NCBI GenBank assembly: GCA_963812155.1
Contig: CAWETW010000003.1
Location: forward strand, 608,001-672,000
Length of the DNA stretch: 64,000 bases
Direction: 5' to 3'
From: Vulcanimicrobiota bacterium
GTDB taxonomy: Bacteria > Vulcanimicrobiota > Vulcanimicrobiia > Vulcanimicrobiales > Vulcanimicrobiaceae
The position numbers and the translations under genes were made by a program. Below the pieces are notes generated by a model. That model did no database searches. It saw only the letters and a list, made by a program, of their open reading frames with translations, and was not told the origin of the DNA. Positions 1 through 9,122 of this stretch are shown here, piece by piece (positions within the stretch are counted from its first letter, which is position 1; each line of letters starts with the position of its first letter).

Positions 1-1336
1 ATGCGGGGTGGAACCAGCGCGCCCAGACCGGATCGTTGGGCACCAAGCCCGCCATCACGTAGGCGGCGCGTCCGGTCGTATCGGCGAGCGCGAAATTGTG
101 CGTCGGGCCGGGGAAACTCGCCAACGCGCGTCGCGCTTCGTCGACCGAACGCGCGCGATCGAGCGCGAGGAACGCCATCAGCGGTGCGGCCGGATCGTCG
201 TACGCAGACCATCGCACGACCACGAATTTTCCACTCTTCGTCGTTACGCCGAATTCGGTTGCCGTGCGATAGTAACGCTGCGTCACTTGCCGGCCGAATC
301 GCACGCGGAACGTTTCGTCCTGCCAGCCGTGCGGATCGAGCGATGGGGGCGGTGCGAAGACCGACAGCGACGCGACCGTCGCGTCGGTCGCACCCCAGGC
401 GACGAATTGGTTGTGACCGAGAACGATGCCGGGCGAGCCGGGAAAGACGGCGCCGGCGGCGTGCATTTCGGGAGCGTGCAAATCGACGAGATACCACGCG
501 CCGGGAATGCTCAGGCCGAGATGCGGATCGTTCGCCAGCAACGCGCGGCCGGTGAGCGAACGAAGCGCGCCGACGGCCCACTCGTTGCTGCCCCGCGGCG
601 TGCGCGGCGTCAGATGCGGAACCACCGACGGGCGCAACGCGCAGGCACGTCCTGGTGCCATGCCCGCGAGGCCGGTGACGACGGGCGCGTCGTAACAGGG
701 GTCGCTCAGCGGAAACTGCGCGTTCAACTCCGCCAGGCCGCCCCGAACGTAGGCCGCGTTGCGCGGCTCGACGTCGTTCCAATCGTCGGTGAGGTCGAGC
801 ACGGTCGCCATTGCAACGGCGAGCGAATCTTGCGGCGACCACGGCGCGGGACGATAGGCGAGAATTCGAAACTCGACCGGCAGCGGTTCGCGCGCGATCG
901 CGGCGTTCACGCCGTCGCTGAAGGCTCCGAGAATCTCGCGCGAACGGGCGTCGAGCCGGAGCCACTGGGCGCCGACGATGGCGTGAATCGGTATCGCGCG
1001 CTCGCGCTGGTCGCTGCGCAGCGCCTGCCGTCCGAAGACTTCGGCAAGATTTCCGGTGATGAAGCGGCGCAGCACGTCCATTTGAAACAGCCGGTCGGAA
1101 CCTTCGACGTAGCCTTGTGCGAAGAAGAGATCGTGTTCGTTGCGGGCCTCGATGTGCGGCACGCCGCGATCGTCGCGAAGAATCGAAACCGGCGCTCGCA
1201 GCAGCGAAATGCCCGAAATCGTTCCTTCGTAACGCGCATGCGCGCGCATGCCGAGGGCGACGTTGAGCGCAAATGCCGCGCAGACGGCGACCGCAATCAG
1301 CGCGACGGCGCCGGCGAAACGCCAAAAACTTCGCAC
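1..1336 (-). CDS. Penicillin acylase family (peptidase S45, Ntn hydrolase), N-terminal part; runs off the left edge
   Basis: Not in the ORF track; translated by hand from GTG at 1336: MRSFWRFAGAVALIAVAVCAAFALNV...ILRDDRGVPHIEARNEHDLFFAQGY...DRLFQMD. The beta-subunit motif GSNEWAVG...LLANDPHL is in frame at ~592. Confidence 0.9.
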   Translation of the reverse strand, partial: MRSFWRFAGAVALIAVAVCAAFALNVALGMRAHARYEGTISGISLLRAPVSILRDDRGVPHIEARNEHDLFFAQGYVEGSDRLFQMDVLRRFITGNLAEVFGRQALRSDQRERAIPIHAIVGAQWLRLDARSREILGAFSDGVNAAIAREPLPVEFRILAYRPAPWSPQDSLAVAMATVLDLTDDWNDVEPRNAAYVRGGLAELNAQFPLSDPCYDAPVVTGLAGMAPGRACALRPSVVPHLTPRTPRGSNEWAVGALRSLTGRALLANDPHLGLSIPGAWYLVDLHAPEMHAAGAVFPGSPGIVLGHNQFVAWGATDATVASLSVFAPPPSLDPHGWQDETFRVRFGRQVTQRYYRTATEFGVTTKSGKFVVVRWSAYDDPAAPLMAFLALDRARSVDEARRALASFPGPTHNFALADTTGRAAYVMAGLVPNDPVWARWFHPA

Positions 1337-1348
1337 CGCGCCTCTCGC

Positions 1349-1654
1349 TTACACGTCGACGAAGACGTCGTCGCCTTCGATGCTCACCGGATAGGTCAGC
1401 AGGGGGACGACTGCGGGCAGCGTCAGTGCGTCGCCGGTCCGCACGTCGAAGGTCGCGCCGTGGCGCGGGCAGGTGACGGTCTCGCCTTCGAGTTGCCCTT
1501 GATCGAGCGGTCCGCCGTCGTGCGTGCACACGTCTTCGATCGCGTACAGATTCCCGCCGGCGTTGCACAGCAGCAACTCGTTACCGTTTACGACGACGCG
1601 CAGCGTCGTCTCCGCAGCGATGTCGGAAACTTTGGCGACGAGGTGCTTAGCCAC
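1349..1654 (-). CDS. Rieske [2Fe-2S] ferredoxin (dioxygenase ferredoxin type)
   Basis: CTH...CPRHG Rieske ligands, 101 aa. Confidence 0.93.
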   Translation of the reverse strand: MAKHLVAKVSDIAAETTLRVVVNGNELLLCNAGGNLYAIEDVCTHDGGPLDQGQLEGETVTCPRHGATFDVRTGDALTLPAVVPLLTYPVSIEGDDVFVDV

Positions 1655-2171
1655 GCCGCAGCTCGCGTGAGGAGTCGTCGCGCGACAAGAACGCCAAGAT
1701 CAGCAGCAATAGTGGAAGAAAGATATCCGCGAACCAGAGCACCAGGCCGGTATTGCTCGGCGCGTAGTTGCCGCAACAGATCATTTGGTGTACGTGCTGC
1801 GCCGCACAGGCGAGCGCGAACGTCGCGATCACCAGGGTCGACGCGAGCCGGAATTCAAAGCCGCGCCAGAGCGACATCATCGCAACGAACCCAAGCGGAA
1901 TCTCCATCCATCCCAGTTCGTACTCGAAGGGACTCGGCTGCCAGCCGATATCGGGTGCGGCGATCGATTGAAAATACGCGTGCAGGATGCCCGCATACAC
2001 GAACCAGATGCCGATCGCGTAGAAGAGCACTTCACCCCAGAGGATGTACGCGCCGTTATAGGGTCTGCGCTCGCGTTGAATCCGCCGGATCTTCAACCAC
2101 GCCGTCACCAGCGCGATCGCGAACAGAATGACGAACGTCTGGCCCAGGACGAATCGGAGAAAAGAGACCAC
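1647..2171 (-). CDS. Four-TM membrane protein (DUF6790-like)
   Basis: Four hydrophobic segments, IGWQPSPFEYELG motif; overlaps the ferredoxin start. Confidence 0.7.
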   Translation of the reverse strand: MVSFLRFVLGQTFVILFAIALVTAWLKIRRIQRERRPYNGAYILWGEVLFYAIGIWFVYAGILHAYFQSIAAPDIGWQPSPFEYELGWMEIPLGFVAMMSLWRGFEFRLASTLVIATFALACAAQHVHQMICCGNYAPSNTGLVLWFADIFLPLLLLILAFLSRDDSSRELRRG

Positions 2172-2189
2172 GGGCGCGCGTTCGGGGCG

Positions 2190-3614
2190 TTACCCGACGG
2201 CGCCTTCCATTTCCATCTTGACGAGCCGGTTCAACTCGACCGCATACTCCATCGGCAGTTCCTTGACGAAGAAGTCGAAGAAGCCGTTGACGATCATCGC
2301 CGTCGCGTCGGCTTCGGAGAGGCCGCGGCTCATCGCATAGAAGAGCTGGTCCTCACCGATTTTGCTCACGCTGGCTTCGTGTTCGACGGTGGAGCGCTGC
2401 TCGTGAATCTTCATCGTCGGCTTGGTGTCGCTCGACGACTCTCGATCCATGATCAGGGCGTCGCAGCGCACGCGGGTTTTCGCCCCGACGGCACCCGGAA
2501 AAACCTCGACCAGCCCGCGGTAGGTGGTCTTGCCGCCGTGCGCGCTCACGCTCTTGTTCGTCACGACCGAGGTCGTGTTCGGCGCGGCGTGGATGACCTT
2601 GGCTCCGGCGTCTTGGTGCTGGCCTTCGCCGGCAAACGCCATCGAGAGAATCTCGCCGCGCGCGCCTTCGCCCATGAGGTAGATCGACGGGTACTTCATC
2701 GTGAGGCGCGAGCCGATGTTGCCGTCGACCCATTCCACCGTCGCGTTCTTGTGCGCGATCGCGCGCTTCGTGACGAGATTGAAAATGTTGCGATACCAGT
2801 TCTGGATCGTCGTGTAACGAATCGACGCGCCTTCGAGCGCGATCAACTCAACCACTGCCGAGTGCAGCGACGACGTCGAGAACTTCGGCGCGGTGCAGCC
2901 CTCGATGTAGTGAATCTTGGCGCCTTCGTCGGCGATGATGAGGGTGCGTTCGAACTGGCCCATGTTCTCGGCGTTGATGCGGAAATAGGCTTGCAGCGGC
3001 ATCGCCACTTCCACGCCCGGCGGAACGTAGATGAACGAGCCGCCCGACCATACGGCGGAGTTGAGTGCCGAAAACTTGTTGTCTCCCGAAGGAATGACGG
3101 TCGCTAAGTATTTGCGCACGATGTCGGGATAGGTCTTCACCGCGGTGTCCATGTCGCAGAACAGCACGCCCTGCTTGTCGAGAGCCTCGCTGGTGTTATG
3201 GTAGACGACCTCGGACTCGTACTGCGCGGAAACCCCGGACAAAAACTTGCGCTCGGCCTCGGGGATTCCGAGCCGGTCGAACGTGCGCTTGATATCCTCG
3301 GGAACGTCGTCCCACGAGCGCTCCGAGCGGTCGGTCGACCGCACGAAATAATGGATGTCGGCGAAATCGATCTCGCTGAGGCGCGCGGTGTCGCCCCACG
3401 TGGGCATCGGCTTTTCGAGAAAGATCCCGTACGCTTTCAAACGGAAGTCGCGCATCCACTCGGGCTCGTCCTTCATCGCGCTGATGCGCTCGACGATCTC
3501 CCGGGTCAGGCCTTTGTCGGATTTAAAGACGTAGTTTTCCGCATCGTGGAAGCCGTGCCGGTAGTCCTCGACCAGGTTTGGGGAGGAGACGGGTGTGTCG
3601 AGTTTCATCGCCAT
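2190..3614 (-). CDS. sufB: Fe-S cluster assembly scaffold SufB
   Basis: [37 protein letters not shown] and [13 protein letters not shown] motifs; ATG at 3614 with an upstream GAGGGA RBS. Confidence 0.96.
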   Translation of the reverse strand: MAMKLDTPVSSPNLVEDYRHGFHDAENYVFKSDKGLTREIVERISAMKDEPEWMRDFRLKAYGIFLEKPMPTWGDTARLSEIDFADIHYFVRSTDRSERSWDDVPEDIKRTFDRLGIPEAERKFLSGVSAQYESEVVYHNTSEALDKQGVLFCDMDTAVKTYPDIVRKYLATVIPSGDNKFSALNSAVWSGGSFIYVPPGVEVAMPLQAYFRINAENMGQFERTLIIADEGAKIHYIEGCTAPKFSTSSLHSAVVELIALEGASIRYTTIQNWYRNIFNLVTKRAIAHKNATVEWVDGNIGSRLTMKYPSIYLMGEGARGEILSMAFAGEGQHQDAGAKVIHAAPNTTSVVTNKSVSAHGGKTTYRGLVEVFPGAVGAKTRVRCDALIMDRESSSDTKPTMKIHEQRSTVEHEASVSKIGEDQLFYAMSRGLSEADATAMIVNGFFDFFVKELPMEYAVELNRLVKMEMEGAVG

Positions 3615-3683
3615 GTCCCTCTGAGCGTACTTCCCGCTGCCGACATAGTCAAGATAATTAAGTAGGAAGTTCAAAATCTGCTC

Positions 3684-3712
3684 TTTACAGGGGGGGTGGC
3701 AGGGGTTATGAT
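3684..3712 (+). promoter_or_regulatory. Sigma-70-type promoter for speD
   Basis: TTTACA (3684-3689), 17-nt spacer, TATGAT (3707-3712). Confidence 0.6.
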
Positions 3713-3909
3713 GGGCGCCGTACCGCGAAAAGCGGTCCACGGTTACAGGGAGGCGCGCCCGTACGCGCCATCGCGGCGAGTCGCCCGTGCACCGCTCAAA
3801 AGCGCCGGCAAGAGCTCGTCGATAGGTCGGGGACGTGAACTGCACCGCAGGCGCCAGCCGACGAAGTCCGGAGGTGGGACTCCCCCGAGGGTCAAGGAGA
3901 CCTGGTTCG

Positions 3910-4320
3910 TTGAAGGCACTCGGCAAGCACATCGTGTGCGAGCTATCGGGCTGCGACCCGGAAACGCTCGCCGACGTCGACGGGATCCACGCCATGATGG
4001 TAGCGGCCGCGCGGGCGGCCCACGCGACCGTCATGGAGAGCGCTTTTCACCGCTTCGAACCGCAGGGGGTCTCGGGTACCGTGATCCTGGCGGAATCGCA
4101 TCTCTCGATCCATACCTGGCCCGAAAAGGGCTACGCGGCGATGGATTTCTACACGTGCGGCGACCATACCGATCCCTGGCTCGCTTGCGAACACGCCGCT
4201 TCCGTTTTGAACGCGAAGAGCATCCTCACGACCGAATTCAAACGCGGCATCGAAAAGAGCGACGGCGAGTTCACGCACGTCATGAGCCGCGACCACGATC
4301 TGCGAGTTCTGTCGGCGTAG
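3910..4320 (+). CDS. speD: S-adenosylmethionine decarboxylase proenzyme (short, class 1B)
   Basis: [24 protein letters not shown] autocleavage motif, DFYTCG; TTG start at 3910 behind AAGGAG. Confidence 0.93.
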   Translation: MKALGKHIVCELSGCDPETLADVDGIHAMMVAAARAAHATVMESAFHRFEPQGVSGTVILAESHLSIHTWPEKGYAAMDFYTCGDHTDPWLACEHAASVLNAKSILTTEFKRGIEKSDGEFTHVMSRDHDLRVLSA

Positions 4321-4355
4321 ACCGCGCGCAACATTTTCCGGCGCCCCGATAACCT

Positions 4356-4390
4356 AGGTTTGCAAACGCGTTTACTTGCGTTGCAAACCT
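4356..4390. promoter_or_regulatory. Inverted repeat, putative operator upstream of the lipoprotein gene
   Basis: AGGTTTGCAAACGC-N8-GCGTTGCAAACCT; contains a LacI-like GCAAAC-GC-GTTTAC core. Confidence 0.45.
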
Positions 4391-4497
4391 TGATAACTGT
4401 TACGTTTTACGCGTGTGTATCGGGCAGGCATCATGCGTTATGCGTCTAACGAGATGGTGCGGTTTCCGCATTCCCTGTGAGGTGTAAAACAATCCCG

Positions 4498-5247
4498 ATG
4501 CGTTTATCAATCATTGGCTCCGGCTTTGCAGCAGTCGCGGCTGCAACGATGCTGGCGGCATGCGGCGGGCACGGCGTCGTTCCGTCGCAGAGCTTCGCTT
4601 CCGGCAGTTCCGCGACGATCGGCGACGGCGTTTCGTCGCTCGTCGAAGATGCAAAAAGTCATCCGTGCGACATTACCGGAATGTACTACTTCCACGGCAA
4701 CTGCGTGAAGTTCACGTTGAATCTTCTCGGCAACACGTCCGTCGAACTGGGTAAATTCGGCGCCTACAAAGGCATAAAAATTACGACGACCTTCAGTGCG
4801 ATGGAGAACCCGCCTAAAGGCATCAAATCGGTACCGGCGATCATGGGCGACGCCACCGGCGCCGGCGACATTACCGGCACGGTCAAAGGCAAAGCGTTCC
4901 CGCTCTATGGCCACGGCAACGATTGCGTCAACTCGCAAGGCAAGGCTGAGCCCTGTCCCGGAAAGCCGTTCGTGTATGCCGAGTTGATCAACCAAGGCAC
5001 GCACACGCTCAAACCGAAGGACACGCCGAAGTTCTACATTACCGACACCAACGGATTCCCCGGCAAGCGCCTCTGCTTCCCGGCGATTCTTACCGCGGCC
5101 GGCCCGCATACCGCAGGCGGATGGGCTCCGAATACGACGCTCGGCGGACAGCCGCACGGCACCACGCTGACGATCAACGCGCAGCCGAATCCCGGTCAAC
5201 TCGTGTATCCCGTCGGCCAGTTCATCGTAGCGGGTGTGTGTGAATAA
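4498..5247 (+). CDS. Hypothetical lipoprotein
   Basis: Signal peptide with lipobox LAAC; Gly/Thr/Cys-rich body; no recognisable domain. Confidence 0.75.
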   Translation: MRLSIIGSGFAAVAAATMLAACGGHGVVPSQSFASGSSATIGDGVSSLVEDAKSHPCDITGMYYFHGNCVKFTLNLLGNTSVELGKFGAYKGIKITTTFSAMENPPKGIKSVPAIMGDATGAGDITGTVKGKAFPLYGHGNDCVNSQGKAEPCPGKPFVYAELINQGTHTLKPKDTPKFYITDTNGFPGKRLCFPAILTAAGPHTAGGWAPNTTLGGQPHGTTLTINAQPNPGQLVYPVGQFIVAGVCE

Positions 5248-5248
5248 G

Positions 5249-5354
5249 TTAAAGGGCCACTGATTCGCCCGGATCTTTGTCGCCAAGGGCCTCATTTACC
5301 GTAGTAAACTTCGGCCCTTGGCTTCGCGATCCGAACGAATCATCGACCCTTTAA
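5249..5354 (-). ncRNA. Candidate structured ncRNA or ssDNA-folding element (106-nt hairpin)
   Basis: Five stacked helices; five plus-strand C/A mismatches become G-U pairs on the minus strand; c(UACG)g terminal loop. Confidence 0.55.
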
Positions 5355-5374
5355 GCAGCGTCACTGCCTAAGGG

Positions 5375-5407
5375 CCTCGCCGTGAATGGCGGGGTTCTTT
5401 TTTATTT
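5375..5407 (+). terminator. Rho-independent terminator
   Basis: CCTCGCC-gtgaat-GGCGGGG stem followed by TTCTTTTTTATTT. Confidence 0.75.
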
Positions 5408-5423
5408 CGTCAAAGCGCCCGGC

Positions 5424-6314
5424 ATGCCGAAGACCGAACGTTGGCAGTGGTACGTCGAAGAGTTTTCGCCGGGAGAAGAGCACCATCACGCAATCGACGG
5501 CGTGTTGTTTTCGGGCCGCTCGGAGTTTCAGCAGATCGCGGTCGTGCGGTCGCCGGTTTTCGGTAAAATGCTCGTGCTCGACGGCGACACGCAGAGCGCG
5601 CAGACCGACGAGCGCATCTATCACGAAGCGCTGGTGCATCCGGCGCTGGCGGCCGCAAGCGACCGCAGCAACGTGCTCGTGCTGGGCGGCGGCGAGGGCG
5701 CGACGCTGCGCGAAGCGCTGCGCTGCCCGGGCGTCTCGCGCTGCACGATGGTCGACATCGACGGCACCGTCGTGGATGTCGCGAAGCGCCATCTGCCTGA
5801 ATGGTCCGACGGCGCGTTCGACGATCCTCGCGCGCGCGTCGTGGTGGGGGATGCGCTCGCGTTCATGCGCGACGACGACGAGCGCTACGGCGTCATCGTG
5901 TCGGATCTCACCGAACCGCTCGAAGATTCACCGAGCAATCCGCTGTTCAACGAGGCGGTTTTCGCGCTGATTCACTCGCGGCTCGCCGCGGGCGGCATCT
6001 ACGTATTGCAAGCCAGTACCGGAGCCGCGCACAACGCGGCGCTGCATTGCAAGATGGCGCGCACGCTGCGCCGCCGCTACGCGCACGTCGCATCGTTCGT
6101 CACGCACGTGCCGGCGTTCGATACCGATTGGGCCTTTCTCGCGTGCAGCGATGCCGTCGACGTCGCGGCGCTCGATCCGGCCGCCATCGAAGCCTATTGC
6201 GCGACGCTGCGCGGCGAGAGTTTCTTCTACGACGCGGTCACGCACCGCAGGCTATTTTCGCTGCCGCTCTATCTGCGCCGCGCGCTCGCCGCGCCGGGCG
6301 ACGTCTTTCCGTGA
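5424..6314 (+). CDS. speE: Polyamine aminopropyltransferase (spermidine synthase family)
   Basis: SEFQQI, GKMLVLDG, DERIYHEALVHP, LGGGEGATLRE, MVDID and DAL motifs. Confidence 0.92.
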   Translation: MPKTERWQWYVEEFSPGEEHHHAIDGVLFSGRSEFQQIAVVRSPVFGKMLVLDGDTQSAQTDERIYHEALVHPALAAASDRSNVLVLGGGEGATLREALRCPGVSRCTMVDIDGTVVDVAKRHLPEWSDGAFDDPRARVVVGDALAFMRDDDERYGVIVSDLTEPLEDSPSNPLFNEAVFALIHSRLAAGGIYVLQASTGAAHNAALHCKMARTLRRRYAHVASFVTHVPAFDTDWAFLACSDAVDVAALDPAAIEAYCATLRGESFFYDAVTHRRLFSLPLYLRRALAAPGDVFP

Positions 6315-7129
6315 CGCCGCGCTATGCCGGCAAGACCGTCGTCGTGACCGGTGGCGGCACCGGTTTGGGACGCGCGATGGCCGAGGCGTTTGCGGCCGAC
6401 GGCGCCTTCGTCGCGGTGATCGGACGCCGCAGCGAGAAGCTCGCGGAGACCGTTGCCGCCATCGAGGCGGCCGGCGGCACCGCGTTGGGATTGCCGGGCG
6501 ACGTGCGCGACGCCGCGCGCATGGAAGTGGCGATGCGCGAAGCCGCCGCGCGCACGGGACGCATCGACGTGCTGATCAACAATGCCGCCGGCAACTTCGT
6601 CTGTCCGTCCGAAGAACTCTCGCCCAACGGCTTCAAGAGCGTCGTCGACATCGTGCTGCTCGGCACGTTTTTCTGCACGCGTTTTGCGTTCGAGGCGTTG
6701 CGTGCGGCCGAGGGTGCGATCGTCAACATCGTGGCGGCCTATGCCTGGAGCGGCGAACCCGGCGCCGTCCATTCCGCCAGCGCAAAAGCCGGGGTGCTCG
6801 CGATGACCCGCACGCTCGCGGCGGAATGGGGGCGTTTCGGTATCCGCGCGAATGCGGTCGCACCCGGCCCGATTCACACCGAAGGCACCGACGCCAATCT
6901 CTGGAGCGTGGCCGACGTGGAAGAGCGCGTTCGAGCGAGCGTGCCGCTGGGGCGGCTCGGCGAGCCCGGTGACGTCGCTCGAGCCGTGCTCTGGCTCTGT
7001 TCGGAGGAAGCGCGGTGGATCAGCGGAGCGACGCTTTCGGTCGACGGCGCGCAGTGGCTGCACGGCGGCACGCTCGATTTTCGCCGGGCGTACGACGCGA
7101 TGAAAGCCGCCGCGCCGCGACGGGGATAG
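6311..7129 (+). CDS. SDR oxidoreductase, 2,4-dienoyl-CoA reductase-like
   Basis: TGGGTGLG, NNAAGNF, HSASAKAG, WGRFGIRANAVAPGPI; GTG start overlaps the speE stop. Confidence 0.88.
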   Translation: MTPRYAGKTVVVTGGGTGLGRAMAEAFAADGAFVAVIGRRSEKLAETVAAIEAAGGTALGLPGDVRDAARMEVAMREAAARTGRIDVLINNAAGNFVCPSEELSPNGFKSVVDIVLLGTFFCTRFAFEALRAAEGAIVNIVAAYAWSGEPGAVHSASAKAGVLAMTRTLAAEWGRFGIRANAVAPGPIHTEGTDANLWSVADVEERVRASVPLGRLGEPGDVARAVLWLCSEEARWISGATLSVDGAQWLHGGTLDFRRAYDAMKAAAPRRG

Positions 7130-7159
7130 AGGCCACCCTTTCCTGAATCCCGCCACGAG

Positions 7160-7609
7160 ATGACGATCGATTACGGTCACGCCCCGCGCGCGTGGGAGAA
7201 GGAGCGGGGAAACTTCGTCCTGCTGCTGGACCTGCAGCTCGAGAGCGTCGAGCGCGGAAAAGCGGTCATGCGCATGCCGTTCCGACAAGAAATCACGAAC
7301 TCGACCGGCGCGGTGCACGGCGGCGCCATCGTCAGCCTGTGCGATACGGTGTTCTACGTGGCGCTCGCGTCGATCTTCGGACGCGAACAAGACACGACGA
7401 CGGTCGCGCTGCAGTGCAACTTTCTCAGCCCCGCAAAGCCGCCGCACGATCTGATCGCCGAAGCACGCGTGCTCAAGGCCGGGCGGCGCGTCGTCTACGG
7501 TGAAGTCTACGTGCGCAGCGGCGAAAAGATCGTCGCGCACGCCACGTTGAATTTCCTCAACAGTTATCCGCACGAGAAACCGGCGCGCGGAGGTGCTCCG
7601 GCGACGTGA
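7160..7609 (+). CDS. PaaI-family hotdog thioesterase
   Basis: NSTGAVHGGAIVSLCD motif. Confidence 0.88.
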   Translation: MTIDYGHAPRAWEKERGNFVLLLDLQLESVERGKAVMRMPFRQEITNSTGAVHGGAIVSLCDTVFYVALASIFGREQDTTTVALQCNFLSPAKPPHDLIAEARVLKAGRRVVYGEVYVRSGEKIVAHATLNFLNSYPHEKPARGGAPAT

Positions 7610-8709
7610 GCGTGGAAACCTTGCGCCGTACGGCGCTCTACGGCGAGCACGCCCGCTTGGGCGGCCGGCTCGTGCCGTTTGCCGGTTTCGAGATGCCGGT
7701 GCAGTACGCAGGCATTCTGCAAGAGCACGACGCGGTTCGTCACCGCGCCGGACTCTTCGATCTTTCGCACATGGGACAGTTCGTGCTCGCCGGCGACGGC
7801 GTCGCCGACTGGGCAGACACGCTGGCCATCAACGCGGTCGCCACCATGAAGCCGATGCAAGCCCGCTACAATATCTTTTGCAACGAGCAGGGCGGAACGC
7901 ACGACGACACGATCTTCTACCGGCTGAACGGGCGCTGGCTGCTGGTCGTCAACGCTTCCAATGCGGACAAGATGTGGTCGCATCTCAACGCGCATCTTCC
8001 GGCGGGCGGCGTCGCGCTGGCGAATCATCACGGGGAACGCGCGCTGATCGCCATCCAGGGTCCGAAGTCGGCCGCGATGCTGCAACCGCACGTGAACGCC
8101 GACGTGAGCGCGATGAAGTATTACTTCTGCATCGAGGCCGAAGTCGACGGAGTGCCGGCGGTGATCGCGCGCACCGGCTATACCGGCGAAGACGGCTACG
8201 AACTCTTCATCGACAACGACAGCGCGCCCGCGATTTGGAACGCGCTGCTTGACCGTCACGCCGGTGAAGGGCTGCAACCGTGCGGTTTGGGCGCGCGCGA
8301 CGTGCTGCGCTTGGAAGCCGGCATGCCGTTATACGGTCACGAGCTGACCGAGGAGATTACGCCCGTGCAAGCCGGACAGTCGTGGGCGCTCAAGATGACC
8401 AAGCCGCGCTTCATCGGCCGCGAAGCGCTCGGCGAGCAGGCGGCTCGCGGCGACTATTCTCGCATTGCCGGGTTGGTGATGGAAGGGCGCGCTCCGGCGC
8501 GCGAAGGCTACGCAGTGTGGCACGAAGGGCGCAGAGCCGGCGAGGTTCGCAGCGGTTCGTTCGCGCCGTCGGCCGGAAATAAGAACATCGCGACCGCGCT
8601 GCTGGTTCCGCAAGCCGCAACCCCCGGTACGGCGGTCGAGGTCGAGATTCGCGGTGCCCGCCACGCGGCACGCGTCGTTTCGCTCCCTTTTTACAAACGC
8701 AACACCTGA
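7606..8709 (+). CDS. gcvT: Glycine cleavage system aminomethyltransferase T
   Basis: [41 protein letters not shown]. Confidence 0.96.
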   Translation: MSVETLRRTALYGEHARLGGRLVPFAGFEMPVQYAGILQEHDAVRHRAGLFDLSHMGQFVLAGDGVADWADTLAINAVATMKPMQARYNIFCNEQGGTHDDTIFYRLNGRWLLVVNASNADKMWSHLNAHLPAGGVALANHHGERALIAIQGPKSAAMLQPHVNADVSAMKYYFCIEAEVDGVPAVIARTGYTGEDGYELFIDNDSAPAIWNALLDRHAGEGLQPCGLGARDVLRLEAGMPLYGHELTEEITPVQAGQSWALKMTKPRFIGREALGEQAARGDYSRIAGLVMEGRAPAREGYAVWHEGRRAGEVRSGSFAPSAGNKNIATALLVPQAATPGTAVEVEIRGARHAARVVSLPFYKRNT

Positions 8710-8726
8710 CCCTCAACGGAGAAAAG

Positions 8727-9110
8727 ATGGCCCAGCCCGAGAACCTGCTCTACAGCAAAGAACACGAATGGCTGAAGATCGACGGCGACGTCGCGACGAT
8801 CGGCGTTACGGATTACGCGCAGGATTCGCTGGGCGATATCGTTTACGTCGAACTGCCCAAAATCGGCAGTTCGGTCGCGCAGTTCGGAAACGCCGGCGTC
8901 ATCGAGTCGGTGAAGGCCGTTTCCGATCTGTACTCGCCGATCTCCGGTGAAGTCGTCGAAGTTAACGCCGCGCTCGAGAGCGATCCGGCGGCGGTGAACA
9001 AAGCGCCTTACGACGACGGCTGGCTGTTCAAAGTGCGCCTCTCCGATGCGGGCGAAACCGCGAACCTGCTCGGTGCGGCCGAGTATGCGGCGCTCGCGGC
9101 TTCGTCGTAG
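8727..9110 (+). CDS. gcvH: Glycine cleavage system H protein
   Basis: YSKEHEW, GVTDYAQDSLGD, lipoyl site ESVKA. Confidence 0.97.
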   Translation: MAQPENLLYSKEHEWLKIDGDVATIGVTDYAQDSLGDIVYVELPKIGSSVAQFGNAGVIESVKAVSDLYSPISGEVVEVNAALESDPAAVNKAPYDDGWLFKVRLSDAGETANLLGAAEYAALAASS

Positions 9111-9122
9111 AGGTTCTTTAGC

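Noticed and set aside
8..2131. Long plus-strand ORF (707 aa) and similar Arg/Ala-rich shadow ORFs across the window
   Set aside because: They are antisense or off-frame shadows of well-supported genes, which is expected at this GC content, and they carry no motifs.
3696..4352. ORF overlapping speD as a possible antizyme-like frameshift leader
   Set aside because: Its start codons lie within the predicted promoter, its composition is not gene-like, and speD has its own SD and TTG start.
5249..5354. Hairpin as an integron attC site, SRP RNA or 6S RNA
   Set aside because: It lacks correctly ordered RYYYAAC...GTTRRRY ends and the SRP CAGG/GGAA/AGCA motif, and it is too short for 6S with no central bubble.
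5375..5412. Hairpin resembling an IS200/IS605 end
   Set aside because: No tnpA, tnpB or iscB is nearby, and the long T tract fits an intrinsic terminator better.
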